64,000 nt of DNA from Candidatus Daviesbacteria bacterium. GTDB lineage: Bacteria > Patescibacteriota > Microgenomatia > Daviesbacterales > UBA10151. Numbering within the stretch: position 1 is the first letter of the stretch; each line of letters starts with the position of its first letter. The DNA is taken from positions 340,550 to 404,549 of the forward strand of contig JAQUSJ010000001.1 in assembly GCA_028715175.1 (NCBI GenBank), written 5' to 3'. Positions 19,966 to 29,257 of the stretch are shown here, piece after piece. The position numbers were made by a program, and so were the translations under genes. The notes under the pieces are model-generated. The model was not told the origin of the DNA. It searched no databases and saw nothing but the letters and a program-made list of their open reading frames with translations.

Positions 19966-20852
19966 AAAAACCAATTGTTTCAATAATAATTCCAACTTAT
20001 TATGCATCTTTATATATCTTAGAGATTGCGCTAAAAAGCATAGCTAATCAGACGTGCTCGAAGAGTTTTTATGAGGTAATTATAGCTGATAATAATGGAG
20101 GCGAGGCAGTAAAGAGATTAGCAAAAAAATATGGAACACAAGTGATAAAGGTAGAGGGTAAGCCACCTCAAACTTGTAACCAGGTAAATTTAGGGGCAAA
20201 AAATGCTAGAGGTAGTTATATATTTATATTAGATCATGATATTGAGTTGAGCCCTAATCTCATAAAGAATTTTGTGAAATTAAGATCCATTAAAAGTGAT
20301 GTAGATGCTTGGTTTGTTCCATATAAAATTGTAGCCCGGGGGTATTTGTTAAATAGAATCAGAAATTTTGAAGAAAAATTTTATAAGAATTCAGTTGTGG
20401 CTGCAGCGCGAATTATTAAAAAGAATATTTTTTGGCAAACAGAGAAACAGTATGATCCATTACTTAATGCGGGGCCCGGAGATTGGGATTTAACTAATCA
20501 ACTAAGATTAATTGGTGCAAAATTCGATTACATCGGAGATTACGTTTATCATCATGAAGAAAACTTAGATTTTTGGAATTTTATTATAAAAAAAACAATT
20601 TACAGTAGGGGTGGTGAGGTCTATAAAAAAAAATGGAGAGAGAAAAATTTGAAAATCTACAATGATATAGTTAAAAAACAATATAGTCCTTTTTATCGGT
20701 TTTTTTGGATTTTTATTGAGAGAGCGAAATGGCGAAATCTTTTTCCAAAATTACCCCTATATTTTCTTTTTCTTCTCATTAAAATTAGTATGGCAGTTAG
20801 TTATCTATATAAGTTGAAAAGTCCGCGTTGTGAAAGTTCTAGCCATTTTTAA
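19962..20852 (+). CDS. Glycosyltransferase family 2
   Basis: 'VSIIIPTYYASLY...IIADNNGGEA', 'LDHD' DxD-like. Confidence 0.75.
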   Translation: MKKPIVSIIIPTYYASLYILEIALKSIANQTCSKSFYEVIIADNNGGEAVKRLAKKYGTQVIKVEGKPPQTCNQVNLGAKNARGSYIFILDHDIELSPNLIKNFVKLRSIKSDVDAWFVPYKIVARGYLLNRIRNFEEKFYKNSVVAAARIIKKNIFWQTEKQYDPLLNAGPGDWDLTNQLRLIGAKFDYIGDYVYHHEENLDFWNFIIKKTIYSRGGEVYKKKWREKNLKIYNDIVKKQYSPFYRFFWIFIERAKWRNLFPKLPLYFLFLLIKISMAVSYLYKLKSPRCESSSHF

Positions 20853-21609
20853 ACACCCACAATTTTAATCTAGAACAAACTGGACCTAAGTTTAGGGTTT
20901 CTCCTACTTTTGAAGAACTAGCAATTTTATTGAACTTAGAATTCCAGTTGAGTTCTTCCTCAAAATATGGTCGCAGTCCCCGTGTTAGCATAAAATATTC
21001 ACCTAATCCGTCTTCCTCAACAAATATATAACCATTCTTTCTCATAAAATTAATCAAAATTTGATCATTAAAAAATAAGTTGTGCCATTTGACAGGAATA
21101 GATTTTAATCCAAATGCACTCCTTAATTTATTTAATGTTTCTACCCCCTCCAAACTCCCTTCAAGCAAGATTAATTTGCCGCCCTTTTTAAGCATAGATT
21201 TGAAATCTAGTAAAACTTTTTGTTGTAGTTTCCATCCCAACAAATTAATAAGAAATCTTTGTGAAATAATAGCGTCATAATTATTATTTAATGAATATTT
21301 TCCTAAAAAATCAATTTTTCTTAAAGTGACGTTGTTGCATCTGGAGAGCCTACTAGCAGCCTTTTTTAATCTGGTTTCAGAAAAATCAACTGCATGAATT
21401 TTTACTCCAGGGATTTTAGAATATTCTAATGTCCCCTCACCTTCACCGCAGCCTGCGTCTAATATTTTAGATTTTTTTGCAAGCCGCTTTTTTATTAGCT
21501 TTATTTCAAGATTCAGGAGGTATTTATCATACATTGACTCAACGTTATCCTGGTTCCAATATTCCAATACTTCTTGAGAATTGTGAATGGGTTTGACCGT
21601 TATTTTCAT
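20839..21609 (-). CDS. Class I SAM-dependent methyltransferase
   Basis: 'ILDAGCGEGEGT' motif I. Confidence 0.7.
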   Translation of the reverse strand: MKITVKPIHNSQEVLEYWNQDNVESMYDKYLLNLEIKLIKKRLAKKSKILDAGCGEGEGTLEYSKIPGVKIHAVDFSETRLKKAASRLSRCNNVTLRKIDFLGKYSLNNNYDAIISQRFLINLLGWKLQQKVLLDFKSMLKKGGKLILLEGSLEGVETLNKLRSAFGLKSIPVKWHNLFFNDQILINFMRKNGYIFVEEDGLGEYFMLTRGLRPYFEEELNWNSKFNKIASSSKVGETLNLGPVCSRLKLWVFKNG

Positions 21610-21650
21610 ACGCTAATTTATTTATTTGGATTATATCAAATAGGGTCTTC

Positions 21651-21679
21651 TTTACAAAGAGTAAAATAGATAATATGAT
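21651..21679 (+). promoter_or_regulatory. Putative sigma70-like promoter (TTTACA-17-TATGAT) upstream of the aminotransferase gene
   Basis: Hexamers at 21651-56 and 21674-79 in the divergent intergenic region, about 28 nt upstream of the ATG at 21707. Confidence 0.25.
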
Positions 21680-21706
21680 TGTGAAAATTATTATAGAATA
21701 TTAATA

Positions 21707-22801
21707 ATGATTAATGTAACTAAAACAACTCTGCCTCCAATTAATAAATACATCAAATATTTAAAGAAAGTGTGGATGAATAATTGGATAACTAACAAGG
21801 GGGAATTTACTCTTCAGTTAGAAAAGGAATTAAAAAATTATCTTAAAGTAAAAAATTTATCAGTTGTCAGCAATGGGACCATTGCTATGCAACTTGCATT
21901 TAAAGCCTTAAAATTAAAAGGAGAAGTAATCACCACCCCCTTTACTTTTCCGGCAACAACGAATTCTTTAATATGGGAAGGGTTAAAACCGGTTTTTGCC
22001 GATATAGACCCCGAAACTTTTAATATTGACGCTAAAGAAATTGAGAAAAAAATAACTAAAGAAACATCCGCTATTTTAGCCGTGCACGTATTTGGTAATC
22101 CCTGTGATGTTGAGGCAATAGAAAAAATTGCCAAAAAATATAACTTAAAAATTATTTATGACAGCGCTCATGCTTTTGGAATAGAGTATAAAGATAAATC
22201 TGTCCTTTCCTGGGGCGATATAAACACTTTAAGTTTTCATGCAGCTAAAGTTTTTCATACTGCAGAGGGTGGAGCAGTAATAGCCAGGAAAAAGCGCGAC
22301 TACCAAATGCTCGATCTTCTTAAAAATCATGGGATTGAATATTACGATAAAGTAGTTATTGCCGGCATTAATGCTAAAATGAATGAACTGCAGGCAATAA
22401 TGGGACTGTGTGTTTTAGAAGATTTTGAAAAATCAATTATCAAAAGAAAGAAAATTTACCAAAGGTACAAAGAAGCTTTTTTAAAAAATCCCCTAATAAA
22501 AATACAAAAATTACATAATAATTTAACTAAATATACCTATCCTTATTTTCCAGTTTTTTTCCCCGATGAAAAAACAAGAGAACGCATTTTTAAAGTTTTA
22601 TTAAAAAATGGAATCAGGGCCAGAAAATATTTCTATCCTCCCTGTCACGAGTTTCCCTATATAAAATATTCTTCTTCTGATTTGCCTAATGCAACTAAAA
22701 TTTCTCACACAATTCTTTGTTTACCACTTTATGCAACCCTTACTACAAAAGATCATGAAAGAATTATTAACTTAGTTAACAAAGCTTTACTTAGCCTCTA
22801 G
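21707..22801 (+). CDS. DegT/DnrJ/EryC1/StrS-family PLP-dependent sugar aminotransferase
   Basis: 364 aa, 'FHAAKVFHTAEGGAV' (PLP lysine), N-terminal 'GEFTLQLEKELKNYL'. Confidence 0.8.
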   Translation: MINVTKTTLPPINKYIKYLKKVWMNNWITNKGEFTLQLEKELKNYLKVKNLSVVSNGTIAMQLAFKALKLKGEVITTPFTFPATTNSLIWEGLKPVFADIDPETFNIDAKEIEKKITKETSAILAVHVFGNPCDVEAIEKIAKKYNLKIIYDSAHAFGIEYKDKSVLSWGDINTLSFHAAKVFHTAEGGAVIARKKRDYQMLDLLKNHGIEYYDKVVIAGINAKMNELQAIMGLCVLEDFEKSIIKRKKIYQRYKEAFLKNPLIKIQKLHNNLTKYTYPYFPVFFPDEKTRERIFKVLLKNGIRARKYFYPPCHEFPYIKYSSSDLPNATKISHTILCLPLYATLTTKDHERIINLVNKALLSL

Positions 22802-22844
22802 TTATTAATTTTCAATTAAATTGAATAAAAAGCGAGACAATGAA

Positions 22845-22874
22845 TTGACAACTAGGGAGTCATGGTCATATTAT
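22845..22874 (+). promoter_or_regulatory. Putative sigma70-like promoter (TTGACA-18-TATTAT) just upstream of the carbamoyltransferase gene; would give a leaderless or near-leaderless mRNA
   Basis: TTGACA at 22845-50, TATTAT at 22869-74, ATG at 22882. Confidence 0.25.
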
Positions 22875-22881
22875 ACTGGGA

Positions 22882-24585
22882 ATGATTCTAAAGAATTCTT
22901 CTGTAATTGTTTTAGGTATTCATGACGGACACAACAGTGGAGCCGCTTTAATTCGCGACGGAGAAGTGCTTGCGGCAATCAACGAAGAAAGATTTAATAA
23001 TATTAAAAATTATTCAGGAGCTCCGGTTTTAGCCATAAAAAAGGTTTTTGAAATCTCAAAAATTAAGCCCAGTGAAGTTGACTTGATTACCATAGCTAGT
23101 TTTCTACGGCTTGATGATCCGGTGAAAGTAGAAGGCAATAAATTACATCTACTGGCAGAGTATCTTGCACCCTTGATGCATCAAAAATGGTTTATAAAAA
23201 ATAGCATTGCGATATTACATAAATTTAGAAGAATTAGTGAGGTAAAAAAAGTTTTAGATGATTTAGGCATTGGCAACAAGAAAATCAGTTTTATTGAACA
23301 TCATCTGGCTCATGCCGCCTGCGCTTTTTATCAAAGGTCATGGGACGGTAAAACACTGATATTAACTTTGGACGGAATGGGGGATGGTTTGTCTGCCACA
23401 GTTAATATTGGGTCAGGTTTTAATATTAAAAGAATAGCGGAAACTTCCTTTTACGATAGCCTTGGTAACAACTTGTATTCCGAAATTACTGCTTATTTAG
23501 GAATGAAACGGTGGGAACATGAATATAAAATCATGGGACTGGCGCCTTACGGAAAACCGGATAAAGTTCTTGATGTTTTGAGAAAGGGAATACGGATAAA
23601 TCCGCAACAGCCTTTAGAATTTGAGAATATCTCAGGATATTATTTGAAGAAGATGCAAACCTTTTATCAAAAAGCTTTGACCGGATATAGATTTGATAAT
23701 ATTGCAGCTGCTACTCAAAAACTCTTTGAAGATTTAGTGGTGCAGTGGGTCAAAAATGCTATTAAACAGACAAAACTGAATAAAATAGTTTGCGCCGGCG
23801 GTTCTTTTTTAAATGTTAAATTAAATAAATTAATTCGAGAGCTTAACGAAGTTGATGAAGTTTTCTTTTATCCGGCTGCTGAAGATGGTGGTTCTGCAGT
23901 TGGAGCGGCTTTAGAAGGTTACTATAGATTTTGCCAGCAGAATAAAATTTCTGCTAAAAAGATACAGATTTCGGATATATACTATGGACAATCGTTCTCC
24001 GATGAGCAGATTACCGAATTCATCAAATCTAAAAGATTAAAAAATGTTGCCAGGAAAGTTTCGCCAGCTAAAATAGCAAAATTGCTGACTCAAGGAAAAA
24101 TAATCGCCAGATTTTCCGGAAGAGATGAATGGGGACCAAGGGCTTTAGGTAACAGAAGTATTATGGCTGATCCCCGGGATATGCGAGTAATCAGAAAGAT
24201 TAATTTTGCCATCAAACAACGGGATTTTTGGATGCCTTTTGCTCCGGCGGTTTTAGAAGAGGATCAAGGTAGATACTTTAAAAAAAGCAGATTTGCTCCC
24301 TACATGATTGAGGCATTCGATACTACGGATGAAGCTCAAGAAATTATTGCCGGACTTCATCCTTATGATTTAACAGGTCGACCTCAAACAGTCAACAACT
24401 GGAATCCCTGCTGGCAGGCTATTATTAGAGAATTCAAAAAACTTACCAGTGTAGGAGGCATAGTGAATACGTCTTTTAATCTGCATGGTTATCCTTTGGT
24501 AGGTAATCTAGAGCAAGCTTTATGGACATTTAGAAACAGTAGGCTAGACGGTTTGTTATTAGGTGATTGGTTAATTGAAAAATAA
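22882..24585 (+). CDS. NodU/CmcH-family O-carbamoyltransferase
   Basis: 567 aa; 'IEHHLAHAACAFYQ' (HxxH...A carbamoyltransferase N-terminal motif) and a YrdC/Kae1-like fold region. Confidence 0.8.
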   Translation: MILKNSSVIVLGIHDGHNSGAALIRDGEVLAAINEERFNNIKNYSGAPVLAIKKVFEISKIKPSEVDLITIASFLRLDDPVKVEGNKLHLLAEYLAPLMHQKWFIKNSIAILHKFRRISEVKKVLDDLGIGNKKISFIEHHLAHAACAFYQRSWDGKTLILTLDGMGDGLSATVNIGSGFNIKRIAETSFYDSLGNNLYSEITAYLGMKRWEHEYKIMGLAPYGKPDKVLDVLRKGIRINPQQPLEFENISGYYLKKMQTFYQKALTGYRFDNIAAATQKLFEDLVVQWVKNAIKQTKLNKIVCAGGSFLNVKLNKLIRELNEVDEVFFYPAAEDGGSAVGAALEGYYRFCQQNKISAKKIQISDIYYGQSFSDEQITEFIKSKRLKNVARKVSPAKIAKLLTQGKIIARFSGRDEWGPRALGNRSIMADPRDMRVIRKINFAIKQRDFWMPFAPAVLEEDQGRYFKKSRFAPYMIEAFDTTDEAQEIIAGLHPYDLTGRPQTVNNWNPCWQAIIREFKKLTSVGGIVNTSFNLHGYPLVGNLEQALWTFRNSRLDGLLLGDWLIEK

Positions 24586-24598
24586 AGCCTATTAATTT

Positions 24599-25323
24599 AT
24601 GACTCAATATTTAACAAGAATACAAAAAGAAAACCGAAAAAGAATATTGGAGATTAGCTATAAGCATAAACTTTCTCATTTAGGTTCATGCCTTTCGGTT
24701 GTGGATCTAATTGATGCGGTTTATCGAATAAAGAAGACAGAAGAAAAATTTATATTAAGCGCAGGTCATGGAGGCGTTGCTTTGTATACAGTACTGGAAA
24801 AATACAGCAATGTTGATGCGGAAAAACTGTTTAAAAAGCATGGCGTGCATCCCAATAGAGATAAAAGAAATGAAATTCATTGCTCAACCGGTAGTTTAGG
24901 TCATGGTTTACCGAGATAGCTTTGGGTATGGCGCTGGCTGATAGGAATAAAAATGTTTATTGTTTGATATCAGACGGAGAATGTACGGAAGGGTCAGTTT
25001 GGGAATCATTCAGAATTGCTGACGATTTAAAAGTTAATAATTTAAAAATTATTTTAAACGCTAACGGCTGGGGAGCATATAGCAAAATTTCACTTAAGCC
25101 CTTAATAATAAGAATTAAATCATTTGATATGGCTCTTTGCGTTATTGATGGTCACAATATTAGTCAAGTCGTTGATGCCCTTAAGAAAAAAAGACAAGAT
25201 AAACCTTTAGTTATTTTTGCCAAAACTATTGTTGAGCAATTTCCCTTTTTGCAAGGTCAAGATGCTCATTATTATGTAATGAGTGATGAAGATTATTTAG
25301 CAGCAGTAAAGTTATTGAAGTAA
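24599..25323 (+). pseudogene. Transketolase-like TPP-binding N-terminal subunit, interrupted by a frameshift at about 24913-24916 (ORFs 24599..24919 and 24922..25323)
   Basis: 'SHLGSCLSVVDLIDAVY...SAGHGGVALYTVLE...HCSTGSLGHGLPR*' continues in the -1 frame as 'TEIALGMALADR...LISDGECTEGSVWES'. Removing 2 nt (AG) restores 'GHGLPIALGMALA'. Confidence 0.55.
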
Positions 25324-25324
25324 T

Positions 25325-25834
25325 ATGGCTATTCAAAAGAAATTACCATATCCAAGTATGAGAGGATATTTTGCCCATTATCTCTATGAGGAAATGGTAA
25401 AAAATAAAAAGATTTACATTATTACCGGCGATTTAGGATATAAGATGTGGGATCAAATAAAAAAAGATTTTCCGGACAGGTTTATTAATGCGGGAGCTTC
25501 GGAGCAGGCAATGATGGGGATTGCGGTAGGATTGGCGCTGGAAGGTAAAATTCCTTTTGTTTATTCTATACCAACTTTTCTGTTATATCGTGCCTTTGAA
25601 ACTATTAGAAATTATTTAAATATTGAAAAAATACCTGTAAGGTTGGTAGGGTCGGGAAGAGGTAGGGATTATACTCATGACGGAATAACACATTGGCCGG
25701 AAGAAGAAAAAGAAGTTATGGCAATTTTTCAAAACATTAAGTCTATTTGGCCGGAAAATCTAACAGAGATAGCAGTTTTAGTTAAAAAGATGGTAAAAGC
25801 CAATAGACCTTGGTACATTAACTTGAAAAGATAA
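25325..25834 (+). CDS. Transketolase-like pyrimidine-binding (C-terminal subunit) domain protein, short (169 aa; lacks the usual C-terminal domain)
   Basis: 'FINAGASEQAMMGIAVGLALEGKIPFVYSIPTFLLYRAFETIRN' is a Transket_pyr domain. Confidence 0.6.
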   Translation: MAIQKKLPYPSMRGYFAHYLYEEMVKNKKIYIITGDLGYKMWDQIKKDFPDRFINAGASEQAMMGIAVGLALEGKIPFVYSIPTFLLYRAFETIRNYLNIEKIPVRLVGSGRGRDYTHDGITHWPEEEKEVMAIFQNIKSIWPENLTEIAVLVKKMVKANRPWYINLKR

Positions 25835-25840
25835 GATTTA

Positions 25841-26794
25841 TCATTTTTTGTGATTATTTATAATTTCTTGAACTATTGCTTCGGGACGATTTTTAACTTC
25901 TTCAAAGATACGACGGATATATTCTGAAAGTAAGGTTAGAACTACAAGTTGTACGCTGCCAATAAATAAAATTGCTAGGAGTGTAGTAATAAATCCTTTG
26001 GGTGCATCAGGTACAACAAAATACATTGCGAAGTAAAAGAATATACCAAAGAGTGTTATAAAGGTGCTTAGTATAGCTGCGTAAAAAACCCATTCAAGGG
26101 GGGCATAAGAATAAGAAAATACTGCTTTTCTGGCCCACTGTAATCCTTTCCAAAAGCTAGTAGTTGAAACTCCTTCTCCCCAGTACCGCTCTGGTCTTAT
26201 GTATTCAATCCCAATTTGTTTAAATCCCACCCAGGCTCTAAGTCCTCTGATAAATCTGTCCTTTTCCGGGAGTCTGTTTATATGGTCAACAACAACTCTG
26301 TCCATGAGCGAGAAATCTCCTGCATCAAGCGGCACTTTAATATAGCTTAATTTGTTAAAAATAACGTAGAACATATGATAGATGAATTCCCAAATAGGTC
26401 CCATGCTTTGCTCTCGTTTTTTACGGCTACCATAAACTACTTGATATCCCTCCAACCATTTTTTAACAAATTGCTTTATTAGTTCAGGAGGATCTTGTAA
26501 GTCTCCATCCATTAAAACAACGATATCGCCGGTAGACTGTTTCATGCCGGTGGTAAAAGCATTTTGAGCGCCAAAATTTCTCGAATGAAGGATTACTGTT
26601 AAACGTTTATCTTCCTTGGCTAATTTTCTTAAAATTTGTTCCGAATTATCTGGGCTGTCATCATTAACGTAAATAATTTCCCAATTAGGTGTGATTTTTT
26701 TTAAAACTTTAACAGTTCTTCGGTACAACTCTTCAATATTACCTTCGTCGCGAAAAGCAATTGGTACAACAGAGATTTTTTTCCTTGTCAGCAT
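25841..26794 (-). CDS. GT2 polyprenol-phosphate sugar synthase-like glycosyltransferase (GtrB/ArnC/DPM1-like, two C-terminal TM helices)
   Basis: 'ISVVPIAFRDEGNIEEL...YVNDDSPDNS', 'MDGDLQDPPE' DxD, C-terminal TM pair. Confidence 0.75.
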   Translation of the reverse strand: MLTRKKISVVPIAFRDEGNIEELYRRTVKVLKKITPNWEIIYVNDDSPDNSEQILRKLAKEDKRLTVILHSRNFGAQNAFTTGMKQSTGDIVVLMDGDLQDPPELIKQFVKKWLEGYQVVYGSRKKREQSMGPIWEFIYHMFYVIFNKLSYIKVPLDAGDFSLMDRVVVDHINRLPEKDRFIRGLRAWVGFKQIGIEYIRPERYWGEGVSTTSFWKGLQWARKAVFSYSYAPLEWVFYAAILSTFITLFGIFFYFAMYFVVPDAPKGFITTLLAILFIGSVQLVVLTLLSEYIRRIFEEVKNRPEAIVQEIINNHKK

Positions 26795-27615
26795 AGTGGT
26801 TTTTTTAACTTTAGATGGAAAGATTCCATTTGGGATAGTATTTTAAAATAAATGTTAGAAGGTAGCAACTTAATAATTTTAAAAATAAAAAAGATACTTT
26901 TAGGATAAAAAAATTGTGCTTTATTACTTTTGGTTGAATTAATTATACAGTTTACTGCTTGATCTTCCGAAAGAATAAATGGGGCAATTTTCTTAAAAGG
27001 TCCCATCCCGGAGCCAATCGGTCCAAAATAAATAGTTTTAAATATGATGCCTTTGTCTTTATATTTTTGATAAAGACTCTCAAAACCGATAGATAGAGCT
27101 GCTTTGCTAGCAGCATAACCGATTCCCTCTATTCCGCTTCCTTTTAAGGCAGAAAAAGAAGATATTGCGATAAATTGGGTTCCTGGTTTTGCAAATGGAA
27201 TCAAGCTATTAATTCCTCTCATAATTCCTAGAAAATTTACGTCCACCATTTTTTTTAAAGTTTCTATCTCAATGCCATTTTTCAAATCATTTTGAGAAAT
27301 AGCTGCATTAAATATAATAATTTTTGGTATGAAATTTTTTTCTTTAAACTTATTGACAAGAGATTGCCAACAATTCTTTTCTGTCTGATCCATGGGTGTA
27401 TAAATGAAATTTGCGGAATTGTTTAATTCTTCCTTCAATTCTTTTAGTCGCTGTCCTCTTCTTGCTATTCCCCATACAATTTGTTTATCCGAAATGAGTT
27501 TTTTTGTTAAGGCTTTGCCTATTCCTGAAGAAACACCTGTTATTAAATACTTGCTCATGTTATTTTCTATGATTTTCTTTAGTAGAAGATTATTATACTC
27601 TAGATTTGAATTCAT
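26788..27615 (-). CDS. Short-chain dehydrogenase/reductase (SDR)
   Basis: 'YLITGVSSGIGKALTKKL' TGxxxGIG; 'YAASKAAL' YxxxK. Confidence 0.8.
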   Translation of the reverse strand: MNSNLEYNNLLLKKIIENNMSKYLITGVSSGIGKALTKKLISDKQIVWGIARRGQRLKELKEELNNSANFIYTPMDQTEKNCWQSLVNKFKEKNFIPKIIIFNAAISQNDLKNGIEIETLKKMVDVNFLGIMRGINSLIPFAKPGTQFIAISSFSALKGSGIEGIGYAASKAALSIGFESLYQKYKDKGIIFKTIYFGPIGSGMGPFKKIAPFILSEDQAVNCIINSTKSNKAQFFYPKSIFFIFKIIKLLPSNIYFKILSQMESFHLKLKKPLC

Positions 27616-27698
27616 TGAAATAAACTGCCATAATAAAAAATGGTCATAATGGTCATTTTATATAGTTTGTGGTTATGTAAATTTATGGAGAATAAAAG

Positions 27699-29231
27699 AT
27701 GGTAGAAGTACTTAGAAAAAAACAAAAATTAATATTTGTAATTTTTGTTTTCCTAATTTTTATGGTATCCTTTCTTACTTTTTGGAGAGCTTTTGGTTTT
27801 GACTTTTGGGGAGAGGATTGGGAGCAAATATGGTATGCAGTGTTTAGCCCATCACTTATTAATAATCAACAAATTTATCCTCATCCGATTGTGATCTATG
27901 AAGAATTGTTCTTGGCAAAGTTTTTGGGTTTTAATACATTATACTGGCAAACAATAGGATATTTATTAAAAGTTTTGGGTGCATTTGCAGTAAGTTTAAT
28001 GATGCTAGGGATTACAAGATCAAAAAGAGTGGCTATTTTTACGGGATTGATATATGCTTCTTCGGTTGGCGGTTTGGCGTCGGTAACCTGGGTAGCTGCT
28101 CAAGCCTCCGCGTTAGAAATTCCTTTTTTGTGTCTCGGGATATATTTTTGGATTACGAAAAAGAATTATGTACTAGCATTAGCACTGCTAATATTTAGCA
28201 TCTGGGCTGATCCTTCCAGGGGTATTTTTGGATGTCTTATTGTTATTTTATGGGATATCTTGACATATATTCAGAATACAAACAAAGTTATCTCCATTAA
28301 GCCTTGGAAAAGAGTATTAATTTTAATAATAGCAATCTTCTTCATAAAGTCTTTTCTTCTTGGTCAAAGATTTTTTGAGATATTACCCACACTAGATGTA
28401 AATATTAACTACATAGTTAATTATCCTATTGAAGTGTTGACTAATTTCCTTAATACGTTAGGCAATTTACTTGTTGGATGGTTTATCTCAATTCCACAAA
28501 ACGTTTTCGCCGTTTCGATACCAACTTTTATAGGGATAGCGGCGGGTTATCTTTTTTTATTTCAGACGATCTTTTTATTAGTTTATTTTCTAAAAAAGAA
28601 GAATGAATCTTTTAAGATATTATTTATTTTTTCAATATGGATAGTAGTTTTCTTTTTACCAAATTGGCTGTTAGCCGATAATTCGATGATTGGTTCCGAA
28701 AGACGGGTTTTAGGGCAGACACATCGCTATCTTACGCTTTCCGCCGTTGGTTTAGCTTGTTTTCTAGGATATGCGCTGTCAAGAGTAAAACGTAATCATC
28801 TCCAAGGGTTTTTACTATTATTTGTAGTAGGTAGCAATATCGTTATATCTAACCAAATTCTAAAAAAGGAAGCATATTACCGTTCTACGGAGGTGACAAA
28901 ACCTATGTGGGATAAAATCGAAAAAGATGTACCTGTGGGTGAAGAAAATAGTCTTTTCTTTATCCGGGGAGAGGATAAATTTAGAGTAAATGATATTTCT
29001 CAAATTAAAATTCCCTTTGCGATACGAAGAGGAATAATAAGCCGTGATAAGTGGCCCGGTTCTACTTCCGATCCTGGAGTAGTGAAAAGATACATGTGCG
29101 GTAATACTGATGATAGACGAATAGTGCCGCTTTCTCGTCTTCACGTCTGGTATATAAAAGGGAACACATTGGATAATATATCGGAAAAAGTACGAAAAGA
29201 ATTTAGTGAGATGGATTGTAGTTCTCAATAA
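27699..29231 (+). CDS. Polytopic membrane protein, putative GT-C-fold glycosyltransferase ('WGEDW', related to the YGDDW family)
   Basis: 510 aa, many TM helices, N-terminal 'FWGEDWEQIWYAV', C-terminal 'LHVWYIKGNTLDNISEKV' resembling the family's C-terminal motif. Confidence 0.5.
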   Translation: MVEVLRKKQKLIFVIFVFLIFMVSFLTFWRAFGFDFWGEDWEQIWYAVFSPSLINNQQIYPHPIVIYEELFLAKFLGFNTLYWQTIGYLLKVLGAFAVSLMMLGITRSKRVAIFTGLIYASSVGGLASVTWVAAQASALEIPFLCLGIYFWITKKNYVLALALLIFSIWADPSRGIFGCLIVILWDILTYIQNTNKVISIKPWKRVLILIIAIFFIKSFLLGQRFFEILPTLDVNINYIVNYPIEVLTNFLNTLGNLLVGWFISIPQNVFAVSIPTFIGIAAGYLFLFQTIFLLVYFLKKKNESFKILFIFSIWIVVFFLPNWLLADNSMIGSERRVLGQTHRYLTLSAVGLACFLGYALSRVKRNHLQGFLLLFVVGSNIVISNQILKKEAYYRSTEVTKPMWDKIEKDVPVGEENSLFFIRGEDKFRVNDISQIKIPFAIRRGIISRDKWPGSTSDPGVVKRYMCGNTDDRRIVPLSRLHVWYIKGNTLDNISEKVRKEFSEMDCSSQ

Positions 29232-29257
29232 ATTTACATGAGTTTAGTATATCGTTT

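Noticed and set aside
25325-25834. Interpreting the transketolase-like genes as housekeeping pentose-phosphate transketolase
   Set aside because: The combined length (about 240 + 169 aa) is far shorter than a functional transketolase (about 660 aa). The C-terminal domain is missing, and the N-subunit is frameshifted. The context is a sugar-tailoring operon.
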